A DNA stretch of 64,000 bases from a virus. The position numbers and the translations under genes were made by a program. Below are positions 1 through 9,676 of this stretch, piece by piece (the first letter of the stretch is position 1; each line of letters starts with the position of its first letter). The notes beneath the pieces are model-generated. The model did no database searches and was not told where the DNA came from. It saw only the letters and a program-made list of their open reading frames with translations. Location: IMG/VR virus record IMGVR_UViG_3300046170_000173; one strand, written 5' to 3'.

Positions 1-2
1 AG

Positions 3-602
3 TTCGGTCAACCAAAGGACGACCACTCCCCTACAGAGAAGGCGGGGATGTGTTCTCACTGGGAGATCATGCGTCAGTGTGCGGTTAGCGGTGAACGCGT
101 GTGGGTCATCGAACATGACACGTGGATGTTAGAAGAACGATACGAGTCCTTTAAGGCTCTGGTAACTCTAACACCCGAAACTCTCTATGCAAACATTGGA
201 CTGTTCATGGGTATGTATTCTCTCGACCCAAGATTCTGTCACTGGGCGTATCACATGTTGACTACCAATGACTTTCCGATAAACTGCGGTCCTTACTGTG
301 TTCTTCAACGTCTTTTCAGAACATACACCACAAATCACCTATCACATCCGGATATTAATTACTACGGAAAGCACGTTACTTCTTTACACCCATGGCATAA
401 CTGTGATACTATAGGCGTTGGTCGTGAAATTGGGAAGTTCTTTAATACAAATGATCCATTGGATAAATCACACGGGTTGCCTACGCCCACAACTCAGGTT
501 GTTTCGAAAAGACTCGCTGTCACTCAGGAACATCACAGTTACAAACAGCAGTTACAAGACGAACCTTGGAAGAGGCATAAATTTTTTCACGTTATTGATT
601 GA
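3..602 (+). CDS. 5'-truncated glycosyltransferase family 25-like protein
   Basis: Frame open from the window edge; EKAGMCSHWEI...VWVIEHD resembles GT25 ExGCxxSH...ILEDD. Confidence 0.5.
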   Translation, partial: FGQPKDDHSPTEKAGMCSHWEIMRQCAVSGERVWVIEHDTWMLEERYESFKALVTLTPETLYANIGLFMGMYSLDPRFCHWAYHMLTTNDFPINCGPYCVLQRLFRTYTTNHLSHPDINYYGKHVTSLHPWHNCDTIGVGREIGKFFNTNDPLDKSHGLPTPTTQVVSKRLAVTQEHHSYKQQLQDEPWKRHKFFHVID

Positions 603-627
603 CATAGCCTTTACAATGGGGTATAAT
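599..627 (+). promoter_or_regulatory. sigma70-type promoter of gp43
   Basis: TTGACA-17-TATAAT, ATG 7 nt downstream. Confidence 0.85.
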
Positions 628-634
628 GCGTCCC

Positions 635-3106
635 ATGAGTAAATTTTATACATCCGTGTTGCGAATGGGCAACAACATACTGTATCGCGGTTACGACAAC
701 GGTCGTCAAATTAAACTGCGCGTACCCTTCAAACCCAAACTCTATGTTACCGGAAACTCTCCGTCAGACTGGAGAACCCTAGACGGCACTTCCGTGATGG
801 AAATGCAGTTTGACTCGATGAAGGAGGCTACGGAATTCACCAAACAGTATCGAGATGTCTCCAACTTCAAGGTCTACGGTATGACCAACTACGCGATGCA
901 GTTCATCGCGGAGACCTTCCCTAACGACATCAAGTTCGATCGCGAACAGGTTCGGGTACTTAACATCGATATTGAGGTCGCGTCCGACCAAGGGTTCCCA
1001 TCACCAGACATTGCGGAACATCCGATAATTTCTATCTCAATACGCAACAACGATGGTATGTATTGGGTCTGGGGGCTCAACGACTACACGCCCACGCGCG
1101 AGGATGTTCTGTTTATCAAGTGCGACAACGAGGATGATCTACTGCGTAAGTTTGTAGACCACTGGGTCACCTACTCACCCGATATCATCACCGGATGGAA
1201 CACACGATTCTTCGATATCCCCTACATCGTCAACCGATGTTACCGAATGTATGGTGACGACACGTTAGTAAAACGTCTCTCACCTTGGGGTGCGGTGCGT
1301 GAACGTGTACAGAAGATCAATGGGCGTGACAATCAAGAATATATCATTGAGGGTGTCGAACATCTCGACTATCTTGAGGTCTTCAAGAAATTCACCCTGA
1401 ACACTTTGGGACAACAAGAGTCATATCGACTTGACCATATCGCCCACGTCGTCCTAGACGAACGCAAACTCTCATATGAGGAACACGGAAACCTACACAC
1501 TCTCTATCGTGAGGACTACCAGAAGTTTATTGACTACAACGTCAAAGACGTGGAGTTGGTACACAAACTCGATGAGAAACTCGACCTTATTTCTCTGGTT
1601 CTGACTATGGCGTATCGCGGTGGTGTGAACTACGGAGACACCTTGGGTACCACGAACATTTGGGACTCGATCATCTATCGACTTCTGAATAAGAACAAGA
1701 TCGCAATCCCACCCAAGACCGAAAAACCGAAGACTCCATATCCAGGCGGTTATGTTAAAGAACCACAGGTAGGATCGCATGAATGGGTCACCTCGTTCGA
1801 CTTGAACTCTCTATACCCGAACATCATTGTTCAGTATAACATGTCTCCAGAGACCGTTATGGACGGTCTGGTGGACGTATCGGTAGAGTCTTTCCTTGAT
1901 GGTCAACAGATACAAGGTGAAGGATATTCCCTCGCGCCCACGGGTGTGCGATTCTCTCACGAACGCAAAGGTGTGATCCCGCAGATCATTGAACAGTACT
2001 ATGCAGAACGTCGGATCATCAAGGATCAGATGCTCAAGTTGGATCAAGAGTATCAGAACAATCCGTCCAAGTCTCTTCAGTACAAGATCACATCACTAAA
2101 CAACCAACAGATGGCGATCAAGATCCTAATGAACTCACTCTATGGTGCGTTGGGTAACAAGTGGTTCCGTTACTTTGATCAACGGGTCGCCGAGTCTATC
2201 ACGATGGCAGGTCAGTTGGCAATCAAATGGGCAGAGAGGGCCGTTAATAATGAAATGCAAAAAATACTTGAAACAGAAGAAGACTATGTGGTGGCAATTG
2301 ATACGGACTCTGTTTATATTAGGATGGGGTGCCTTGTTGACAAGTTTGCTCCTAAAAATCCAGTAAAGTTTTTAGACAATATTTGCCGAGAACACTTTGA
2401 AAAAACACTTGATGAGTCATACGCAAAGATGGCAGAGATCACAGGTGCATATGTCAACCGCATGGAGATGGGTCGTGAGGTTATCGCAGATCGTGGGATT
2501 TGGATGGCGAAGAAACGATACATCCTAAACGTCCACAACAATGAAGGTGTCCAGTACACAGAACCTAAACTCAAGATGATGGGTATCGAAGCGATCAAAT
2601 CTTCCACTCCGCAGGTCGTCCGTGATAAGTTCAAGGAGATCTTCCGCGTCATTGTGGAGGGTACTGAGACTGACACTCAAGGATATATTCGAGACTTCCG
2701 GTCCCACTTCAAGACTCTGCCTCCCGAAGATGTGTCTTTCCCTCGTGGTGTTTCCAACCTTGATAAGTGGATCGACCGTGAACATGTTTTTAAGAAATCA
2801 TGCCCGATTCACGTGCGTGGCGCGTTGACCTATAACAACGCGATCAAACAGAACGATCTCACCACACGTTATGAAAACGTGACGACCGGAACCAAGATCA
2901 AGTTCTGTTACCTCAAACTGCCTAACCGATTGGGACAGAACGTCGTATCGTTCCCTCTCAATCTACCCCCTGAACTCGGTCTACACAAGTTCGTAGACTA
3001 TGACATGATGTTCGACAAGACCTTCCTTGACCCACTGGAACCGATCCTTGATGCGGTCGGGTGGAAGGCAGAACCAGCCGCAACCCTTGAGGACTTTTTT
3101 GGATGA
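635..3106 (+). CDS. gp43: family B DNA polymerase (T4 gp43)
   Basis: Exo DIE motif, [27 protein letters not shown]. Confidence 0.98.
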   Translation: MSKFYTSVLRMGNNILYRGYDNGRQIKLRVPFKPKLYVTGNSPSDWRTLDGTSVMEMQFDSMKEATEFTKQYRDVSNFKVYGMTNYAMQFIAETFPNDIKFDREQVRVLNIDIEVASDQGFPSPDIAEHPIISISIRNNDGMYWVWGLNDYTPTREDVLFIKCDNEDDLLRKFVDHWVTYSPDIITGWNTRFFDIPYIVNRCYRMYGDDTLVKRLSPWGAVRERVQKINGRDNQEYIIEGVEHLDYLEVFKKFTLNTLGQQESYRLDHIAHVVLDERKLSYEEHGNLHTLYREDYQKFIDYNVKDVELVHKLDEKLDLISLVLTMAYRGGVNYGDTLGTTNIWDSIIYRLLNKNKIAIPPKTEKPKTPYPGGYVKEPQVGSHEWVTSFDLNSLYPNIIVQYNMSPETVMDGLVDVSVESFLDGQQIQGEGYSLAPTGVRFSHERKGVIPQIIEQYYAERRIIKDQMLKLDQEYQNNPSKSLQYKITSLNNQQMAIKILMNSLYGALGNKWFRYFDQRVAESITMAGQLAIKWAERAVNNEMQKILETEEDYVVAIDTDSVYIRMGCLVDKFAPKNPVKFLDNICREHFEKTLDESYAKMAEITGAYVNRMEMGREVIADRGIWMAKKRYILNVHNNEGVQYTEPKLKMMGIEAIKSSTPQVVRDKFKEIFRVIVEGTETDTQGYIRDFRSHFKTLPPEDVSFPRGVSNLDKWIDREHVFKKSCPIHVRGALTYNNAIKQNDLTTRYENVTTGTKIKFCYLKLPNRLGQNVVSFPLNLPPELGLHKFVDYDMMFDKTFLDPLEPILDAVGWKAEPAATLEDFFG

Positions 3107-3471
3107 TTACTGATTTCTGTGTAATATGTGGTACGAAGGATGATCTTCACGTCCACCATATTGTTTGTAAAAAAAGTGTACTGAAACCTGTATCTGGCGA
3201 TTATGATGACCCTACAAATCTGATAACTCTTTGTGTCGAACATCATGGGTGGATACATGGTTTGAAACCTAATAGATTCAATAACCACCATAATCTAACA
3301 AGAAATGGTGTAGAGAGAGCAAAAAAGGAAGGAAAATATAAAGGACGCGCACCAACTGCGAGAAAGTTGGGTAACCGCATTCAAGAACTGCATCTCGGAG
3401 GAATGAAACCCTCTGCAATTGCAAAGGAACTCAATATCGGAGTTGCGTCGGTTTATCGATATAGAACCTAA
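3103..3471 (+). CDS. HNH endonuclease with C-terminal resolvase-type HTH
   Basis: CxxC...HVHH...NLITLCxxHH; then [14 protein letters not shown] and [15 protein letters not shown]. Confidence 0.8.
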   Translation: MITDFCVICGTKDDLHVHHIVCKKSVLKPVSGDYDDPTNLITLCVEHHGWIHGLKPNRFNNHHNLTRNGVERAKKEGKYKGRAPTARKLGNRIQELHLGGMKPSAIAKELNIGVASVYRYRT

Positions 3472-3474
3472 AAA

Positions 3475-3550
3475 TGGGAATATTACCATAAAAAAGTTTT
3501 AAAAAAGTGTTGACTTTCTCTCATCCTTTGGTATAATGGGTACATAAAGT
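3475..3550 (+). promoter_or_regulatory. repeated early promoter cassette, copy 1
   Basis: TTGACT(3510)-16-TATAAT(3532) followed by GGGTACATAAA; near-identical to copy 2. Confidence 0.85.
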
Positions 3551-3564
3551 GATGAGAGATGATT

Positions 3565-3732
3565 ATGACTTACGAAGAAAAGATTGCAATGTACGATGAG
3601 AAGCTGAAGTACGAAGTGTGCCCGATGCGCATTCGTCAACTTGAGGGTCGAAAGTACACTTTGATGTTCGAAGAAGTTGAACGCCGCCTCAACGAGTTTG
3701 TTGGTCCTAAGATGGAGATCCCACTGCAATGA
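3565..3732 (+). CDS. hypothetical early protein, 55 aa
   Basis: MTYEEKIAMYDEKLK... directly after promoter and purine-rich SD; stop overlaps next ATG. Confidence 0.75.
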   Translation: MTYEEKIAMYDEKLKYEVCPMRIRQLEGRKYTLMFEEVERRLNEFVGPKMEIPLQ

Positions 3733-4307
3733 ATGTAACAAAGTCACAGATAGAACAATATGGTAAAGTGTTTAAGGATAGGTCGAATTCTTTCGATGAT
3801 TGTGGAGACTTAGACCTCTTCATTCATCGTCATTTAAGAAACAACTCCTACTTCAGAGAATATATCACTTCCATTGTGGGAGAAATGTCCTTGACTGTCG
3901 GTCGTCATGTAGATGGTCAAATGGGTGTTGATTTGTCATTATTTAACCATGATACCGGAGAGCGCGTTCTCGATATTGATCTTGAACGATGGAATGCATG
4001 GGGCACTGAGTGGCCAACTAACTATCGTTGGATACACGTCTTGGGTAGAAAGACAAAGTATGTTGAGTCCAATGTCCCTTTTTTATTCTGTCCCATGAGT
4101 CAAAATCGGGATCGTTTTTTAGTTGTTGATACCAAAGTGATCAAAAAGTATCCAGTTAAGAACAAGTATTTTGTCGGTAAAGGTCATAGTGATAATGTTC
4201 GAGAAGTACCAATGACTCAGGGATACATCTTTGGGTCGTATACTCTGAGAGAAAAGTCGCTTTTTAAGACTTGGACAGAGACAGTAAATCTCTTCTCTAT
4301 AATGTGA
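3729..4307 (+). CDS. hypothetical protein, possible PD-(D/E)XK-like nuclease
   Basis: GVDL...DIDLER...WP..IH...RK pattern; 192-aa ORF. Confidence 0.45.
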   Translation: MNVTKSQIEQYGKVFKDRSNSFDDCGDLDLFIHRHLRNNSYFREYITSIVGEMSLTVGRHVDGQMGVDLSLFNHDTGERVLDIDLERWNAWGTEWPTNYRWIHVLGRKTKYVESNVPFLFCPMSQNRDRFLVVDTKVIKKYPVKNKYFVGKGHSDNVREVPMTQGYIFGSYTLREKSLFKTWTETVNLFSIM

Positions 4308-4380
4308 CTTATTACCTAAAAAAAGTCACGTTTAAGTGTTGACTTTCTCTCATACTTTGGTATAATGGTTACATAAAGTC
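4303..4380 (+). promoter_or_regulatory. repeated early promoter cassette, copy 2
   Basis: GTGACT...AGTCAC inverted repeat, TTGACT(4339)-16-TATAAT(4361) with extended TG, GGTTACATAAA. Confidence 0.88.
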
Positions 4381-4395
4381 ATGAGAGAGGTTGTT

Positions 4396-4581
4396 ATGGG
4401 ATACAGAATTTTGAACATTTCAGATGAAACCCGCGAGAAGTATCAAGAGCGTGTGGGTCTGGAAGGTCCGTTTTTCTATGACGGTGATAGAGTCTTATAT
4501 TATGATGCACGTGAAGGTGCCTATCTCGATCCCACTACCGACATGTACTTAACCTATGATGAATATCAGGAGTTTGTGTAA
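4396..4581 (+). CDS. small conserved phage protein
   Basis: GLEGPF...VLYYDxxEGxYxDPxTDxY; SD GAGG. Confidence 0.8.
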   Translation: MGYRILNISDETREKYQERVGLEGPFFYDGDRVLYYDAREGAYLDPTTDMYLTYDEYQEFV

Positions 4582-5102
4582 TGAGTAATTCAATTATTGT
4601 TGTTATCGCCACTCAGTTTCGTGAGAACTACGGTGCCCACGATTGGGACGGTGAGGGTTACTGCCCTCAACACTGGAAGTCTAAGGGTGGCGACACCTAC
4701 TTCATTAACGCGTCGGCGGATGATATCGCCAACACTCAGTGGTGGGTCGACGTTGAGCGTTCTATCGAGCACTCATCTGCATACTCTGAGGAGTACATCA
4801 TCTCTGAGTCGGTCGTCGATCTTATCGACTTCCGTGAGGAAGACCACATCGAGTTCTGGGAGTCCGCGATCTACGCGTCGGTAGACTTCGGTCAGTTGTA
4901 CTGCGAGAAGAAGGCACTCAACTTCGAGAACGAGGTTGTCGGTGTCCGTCGATGGGAACAGGACTCTATGGGTAAGGACGCATGTTCTCTCACGGACCTT
5001 GATGAACCTGTGCGCGAGGAATGGCGCGTCAAGAAAGAGATGGGTATGTATGGTGTCGAAGAACAGTTCGATGAAATAGAGTCTTTACTGGGAGCCGCAT
5101 AA
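4581..5102 (+). CDS. conserved T4-like phage hypothetical protein
   Basis: TQFRENYGAHDWDGEGxCPQHWKxKGG; coupled by TAATG. Confidence 0.8.
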   Translation: MSNSIIVVIATQFRENYGAHDWDGEGYCPQHWKSKGGDTYFINASADDIANTQWWVDVERSIEHSSAYSEEYIISESVVDLIDFREEDHIEFWESAIYASVDFGQLYCEKKALNFENEVVGVRRWEQDSMGKDACSLTDLDEPVREEWRVKKEMGMYGVEEQFDEIESLLGAA

Positions 5103-5107
5103 TCTTC

Positions 5108-5136
5108 TTGACACCAGAGGCTATATACTGTATACT
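5108..5136 (+). promoter_or_regulatory. sigma70-type promoter of the MTase-cmoA pair
   Basis: TTGACA-17-TATACT with TG extension. Confidence 0.75.
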
Positions 5137-5160
5137 AGTCGAAAATAGTAAAGGTATATT

Positions 5161-6309
5161 ATGAATTACTCCCCATACACATTACAGGATGTCTATGACG
5201 CGGCATCCCAGAAAAAGTTCAACGTCATCTCCACCTTCGCCGGTGGGGGTGGTTCGTCTACAGGTTATCGCCTTGCGGGAGGAGACATCCTCGCTATCAA
5301 TGAGTTTGTTGAAGAGGCACGAAACACCTATCAGGATAACTACCCAACAACACCCATTGTACCGGACGATATTAAAGAGTTAACCGGACAAACCTTCCTT
5401 GATCTTACAGGTCTCAAAAAAGGTGAACTGGATATCTTAGATGGATCACCGCCCTGTTCCGCATTCTCTGTTGCGGGTAAACTGTCACATTCATCTGACG
5501 GTAAACACTCAGATGGTTGGGGCCAGACCAAGACCTATTCGGACGGCAAGGTTGTCGAGAATATCGAAGATCTGTTCTTTGAGTTCTTGCGTGTCGCGAA
5601 CGACATTCAACCCAAGGTTATCGTTGCAGAGAATGTGAAAGGTCTCACTGTCGGTGAGGCGAAAGAGTATTACAATCGTATCCTGAATGAGTTTGAGAAC
5701 ATCGGGTACGAGGTCGTATCTGAAGTTATGGATTCACGCTACTACGGAGTATCGCAAACACGTACACGTGTGATCTTTATTGCAGTACGCAACGACGTTG
5801 CGGAAGAGGTGGGTCTTAATTTTTTGACAATGAACCACTTATTTCCTGCCCCATCGCGTGAGGTCATCCCGTTAAAGAACGCTCTAGTTAATCTGGAGTA
5901 CGATGAAGATGAGGTAAAGGAACTAACAGAAAAGTTTGAAAGAACCGCATACTGGAAACAAACGGGATCTCAGATGCCCACATATCCAGACAAAGTACTG
6001 ACGGGTATGGACTATCATCCGAAGGGTCATCACTTCAATTTAAAACGTGTATCACTTGAGGTGCCTGCACCAACACTAACCGCGATGGGTAATGGTAACT
6101 CGACTGCGGGTGCATTCCATTGGGCAGAACCAAGGAAGTTGACACTCGGCGAATTAAAGCGTATAATGTCTCTACCAGATGATTTTAAACTTACGGGTAA
6201 GTGGAACCAGAAGGCAGAACGCATCGGACGCATGGTGCCTCCGTTGATGATGAAGTCGGTGGCAGAATCCGTATATGAGAACGTGTTGAAGGTATACAAT
6301 GAAAGATAG
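5161..6309 (+). CDS. C5-cytosine DNA methyltransferase homologue (predicted carboxymethyltransferase)
   Basis: Motifs I FAGGGG, IV GSPPC, VI ENV, VIII QTRTR; motif X reads GRMVPP instead of GNxV. Confidence 0.95.
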   Translation: MNYSPYTLQDVYDAASQKKFNVISTFAGGGGSSTGYRLAGGDILAINEFVEEARNTYQDNYPTTPIVPDDIKELTGQTFLDLTGLKKGELDILDGSPPCSAFSVAGKLSHSSDGKHSDGWGQTKTYSDGKVVENIEDLFFEFLRVANDIQPKVIVAENVKGLTVGEAKEYYNRILNEFENIGYEVVSEVMDSRYYGVSQTRTRVIFIAVRNDVAEEVGLNFLTMNHLFPAPSREVIPLKNALVNLEYDEDEVKELTEKFERTAYWKQTGSQMPTYPDKVLTGMDYHPKGHHFNLKRVSLEVPAPTLTAMGNGNSTAGAFHWAEPRKLTLGELKRIMSLPDDFKLTGKWNQKAERIGRMVPPLMMKSVAESVYENVLKVYNER

Positions 6310-7021
6310 AGAGAGTTATAACAAACCAGACTTTAGTTTTGCCCACCGTGAGGAAGGATTCGATAATCACATCGAAAACTCGATTCGTGGTTACAGTAAT
6401 CTACATCATGATGTCATAAAGTTATCCGAATACTTCGTCGAGGATCTAACCGACGTTGTCGACATCGGTTGTTCGACGGGTAAGACTATCTACGAAATGA
6501 TGAAACAGAACAATCGATTCGCACCTCTAGCACATTACTCTGGTATTGAGTACGCATCCGGATTTGTTGATGATATGAATGCTCGTCACAAGCAGATTGA
6601 TAATGAGGGTCTGGGTGATGTAGACTTTCATAACATGGACGTGCGTAACGCATCATTTGCAAACTGTTCTCTTATCACTTCTCTGTTCACTTTACAGTTC
6701 ATGCCCCCTCATTCACGACGTGACTTGATGAAGAAAATATATCACGGTCTGAACACAGGTGGCGCTTTCATATTTGCAGAGAAGACTATGGCGAGAGATG
6801 CTCGTCTTCAGGAAATCATGACGTTTCAATTCTATGACCATAAGTCTAAGAACTTTGAGGCGGAAGACTTGTTATCAAAAGAACGGGAACTCCGCTCAAT
6901 GATGAAATGTTGTACTTGGAGGGAATTGCACTCACTTTGCATGACCGCAGGGTTTGACTCTACGAAGATCCAACCATTCTGGCAGAACCATCTATTTGTC
7001 GGTGCAATCGCCATCAAATAA
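6299..7021 (+). CDS. cmoA: CmoA-like carboxy-SAM synthase / class I SAM enzyme
   Basis: FDNHIENSIRGY, DIGCSTG, SLFTLQF, IYHGLNTGGAFIFAEK, FWQ match the CmoA layout. Confidence 0.85.
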   Translation: MKDRESYNKPDFSFAHREEGFDNHIENSIRGYSNLHHDVIKLSEYFVEDLTDVVDIGCSTGKTIYEMMKQNNRFAPLAHYSGIEYASGFVDDMNARHKQIDNEGLGDVDFHNMDVRNASFANCSLITSLFTLQFMPPHSRRDLMKKIYHGLNTGGAFIFAEKTMARDARLQEIMTFQFYDHKSKNFEAEDLLSKERELRSMMKCCTWRELHSLCMTAGFDSTKIQPFWQNHLFVGAIAIK

Positions 7022-7022
7022 A

Positions 7023-7100
7023 TGTGACTAATTACCAAAAATAAGTCACGATTAGCTGTTGACAATTCCGTCAGATTTAGTATAATGGTTACATAAATTG
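7023..7100 (+). promoter_or_regulatory. repeated early promoter cassette, copy 3
   Basis: TGTGACT...AGTCAC, TTGACA(7059)-16-TATAAT(7081), GGTTACATAAA. Confidence 0.88.
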
Positions 7101-7119
7101 ATGAGAGAGAGAAATTGAT

Positions 7120-8091
7120 ATGACCATTCCAAACATCCGATTAGTAGAAAGTCAGTATTGCGCTCCAGAATATGATGGTTGTGAAATCATCGCTGCCGGT
7201 TGGGTCTCTATTGATGATATCCACCGTGGTCCTAACTGGGCTCGTGCCGGTGATTATGACGAAGAGAAAGTTAACGAATTCCGAGAGATGATTGAGACTG
7301 GGTACTACATGCCCTATGCTCATGAAGCCCCTGTCACTGAGTACGTCAATGGAAAGTTTGTCCTTTCTATGGGGAACCATCGGCATCAAGGTCACCTTCG
7401 AGCCAACCAAGAAGAGATGTTTGTTTGCGTCGTGAACTGGAGAGACGAAGAGTCTAAACAGGTTGCAATGTCATGTGAGAACGGTAACATTTCTCCTCGT
7501 TACACTAAGAACTACCGAACTGTTGCTGACATTGTTCAGAGTGCTTCTAAGATCTTGAACATTCGAATGGTTAACGGTACGATCTCTAAGATCAACGAAG
7601 AATCGATTGACGATGTCCTCAAGACGTTGAAAGTCACTCAGAAGGAAGGTCTCGTTGAGGTACACTCATCTCTGATGGCAGATCATCACGTGCGACAAGG
7701 CGTTAAGAAGTATTCTCAAGATTGCATTGAAGATTATGTATCTAGTAACTCAGATCTCTTCGGAGACTCTCTAGTGGTTCCTCAATTGTTCCGTGACAAG
7801 GCCAGTAAGGCAGGTTATCGTGCGTTAGTTAACATGTCTCTGTCGTGTCTCGATTTGATAGAGTCTGGTCAAGACCTTCCAGAGGTCTTGAGGGTCGCCG
7901 GAGCTTTCACTAATGTTACTGAGAAGAATCTTACTTCTGCCCGTGCCGCTGCGCGTGAAGATCTAGTTCGTCAACATCGAGTTCTTCAACGATTAGGTAC
8001 TTTCTTGACTTCTGAACAGTTTGTAGTTCCTGAACTCCACGAAGTTCCTCAGTTACATGGTGTTGAGCTTGACGATACTGTTGTTGCATAA
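7120..8091 (+). CDS. ParB/Srx-like N-terminal domain protein
   Basis: VSIDDI...P...LSMGNHR motif. Confidence 0.6.
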   Translation: MTIPNIRLVESQYCAPEYDGCEIIAAGWVSIDDIHRGPNWARAGDYDEEKVNEFREMIETGYYMPYAHEAPVTEYVNGKFVLSMGNHRHQGHLRANQEEMFVCVVNWRDEESKQVAMSCENGNISPRYTKNYRTVADIVQSASKILNIRMVNGTISKINEESIDDVLKTLKVTQKEGLVEVHSSLMADHHVRQGVKKYSQDCIEDYVSSNSDLFGDSLVVPQLFRDKASKAGYRALVNMSLSCLDLIESGQDLPEVLRVAGAFTNVTEKNLTSARAAAREDLVRQHRVLQRLGTFLTSEQFVVPELHEVPQLHGVELDDTVVA

Positions 8092-8164
8092 TGTGAATAT
8101 TTACACTTGACTTTTTCTCAAATAGAGTTATAATGAAAGTGTAAATTGAGTTGAGGGATTGAAT

Positions 8165-8698
8165 ATGATGACAAAACGAGATCGAACATTCTATACTGTA
8201 TTTTGTGCCATGCGAGGCCTCTACGAAGATTGGAAAGACGATAGTCAGATGATATGTCGTCGAACCATCACTCGTTTTTTCTACGAGGGAGTGGCCAACA
8301 TATCTACCGGATACGTGTCTGTCGCTGCCAAGAATGCGAAGTCAGGCGAGAGAACTCAAGATCATTTTGCTGGTCCTCAATGGATCGGCCGGTTCATTAT
8401 GGATAATGGTCATATCTACTTGGAAGATTTCATTAAGTTCAAGAAGATTGCAGAGTTTGCATCACAGACTATTACTGTAACTAAGAAAGAGAATACTATA
8501 CTTCGAGATCAGACTTCTGTTATTTCTGACATCGATGGAGTTTCGGTCTTCATCGAAACCCCCATGTTAGAGAAATATAAAGAGGCAGGTATTGTTTTAA
8601 CACATAAAGAGTTCGAGAAGCAACCCGCACATAAGTGGGGTTTTCCTCTCGAAGTTCCTAGAGAGCTTTTAGATTATGAGTCGAAGTTTTTACGTTGA
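8165..8698 (+). CDS. hypothetical protein, weak His-Me nuclease-like motif
   Basis: Own TTGACT/TATAAT promoter and SD; TQDH..PQ and VTKKEN. Confidence 0.55.
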   Translation: MMTKRDRTFYTVFCAMRGLYEDWKDDSQMICRRTITRFFYEGVANISTGYVSVAAKNAKSGERTQDHFAGPQWIGRFIMDNGHIYLEDFIKFKKIAEFASQTITVTKKENTILRDQTSVISDIDGVSVFIETPMLEKYKEAGIVLTHKEFEKQPAHKWGFPLEVPRELLDYESKFLR

Positions 8699-8724
8699 CA
8701 GATACGCTAAGTTTGTAGTATAAT
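8695..8724 (+). promoter_or_regulatory. sigma70-type promoter of primase-like gene
   Basis: TTGACA-18-TATAAT, ATG 7 nt downstream. Confidence 0.8.
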
Positions 8725-8731
8725 ACGTCCC

Positions 8732-9676
8732 ATGTATGAACTAACTCTATTCAAAAATCAGTTTGATAATAAGACACATCGACGAACCACCTTCTTTAAT
8801 TGGTTGGACTTCGTGGTGTGTCTTCGTGATTCCTACACAAAGCCGGGAGAAAAAGGTGGACCCAATAGTTCTCCTCTTCTTACTCCTGCTGTGTTCGACG
8901 TGGGTTCGACGCGTAGTAACAAATCTGTTCTTTATTGGAGTCCTTGGTGTTGCGTTGACGTGGATGACCCTATTGACGGCTGCGGTGATATTGAGTCCCT
9001 AAGAACGTGGTTGAACCGCAAGTACGGTCAGTATGACTATGTCGTCTACAACACAGCAAGCAGTTCAGAAGAGCATTTAAAGTTTCGAATCATATTCCGT
9101 CTCGACGAACAGATCGAGAACAATCGCATCAAGGCGTTCTGGCACGCTCTCAATACCGAACTGGGTGAACTGGGAGATCCGCAGACCAAAGACCTCGCGC
9201 GTATGTATTACGTACCCGCGCAATATCCTAATGCCTACTCGTTCTTTATGGTCAACTCTGGAGGGTCTGCACTTAATGTTTCTGAGTTGATCGCGAAGCA
9301 TCCCTACGTCGAAAAGACAGGTAATTCTTTCCTAGATAGATTACCACCAGAAATGCAGAAGGCGGTAATTGAACATCGTAAAAATGGACTAAATAACACC
9401 GACTACCGATGGACATCTTATCGGGATTGTCCTTTCTGGCCAAAGAAAATGGGTGCAGAATATCAGACGATTTCTGGGACAGGTTGGTATTCAAAGATTT
9501 ATGCGATCATGGTCGCAATCGCAGGGAACGCATACTCGCGAGGGTATCCGATCACTGCAAAACAAATAGAAGAACTTTGTAGAGAGTTCGACCGCGAAAC
9601 GGGTAACTGGTATGGTAATAGACCACTGCATGTGGAGGCGGATCGCGCACTAGAATATGTTTATAGGAATGGATAA
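8732..9676 (+). CDS. AEP/prim-pol-like DNA primase
   Basis: VDVDD, YNTASS, KFRIIFRL, DPQTKDLARMYYVP. Confidence 0.7.
   Translation: MYELTLFKNQFDNKTHRRTTFFNWLDFVVCLRDSYTKPGEKGGPNSSPLLTPAVFDVGSTRSNKSVLYWSPWCCVDVDDPIDGCGDIESLRTWLNRKYGQYDYVVYNTASSSEEHLKFRIIFRLDEQIENNRIKAFWHALNTELGELGDPQTKDLARMYYVPAQYPNAYSFFMVNSGGSALNVSELIAKHPYVEKTGNSFLDRLPPEMQKAVIEHRKNGLNNTDYRWTSYRDCPFWPKKMGAEYQTISGTGWYSKIYAIMVAIAGNAYSRGYPITAKQIEELCREFDRETGNWYGNRPLHVEADRALEYVYRNG

Noticed and set aside
4303-4329. TGTGA...TCAC as a CRP site
   Set aside because: Half-site spacing is 18 nt rather than 6.
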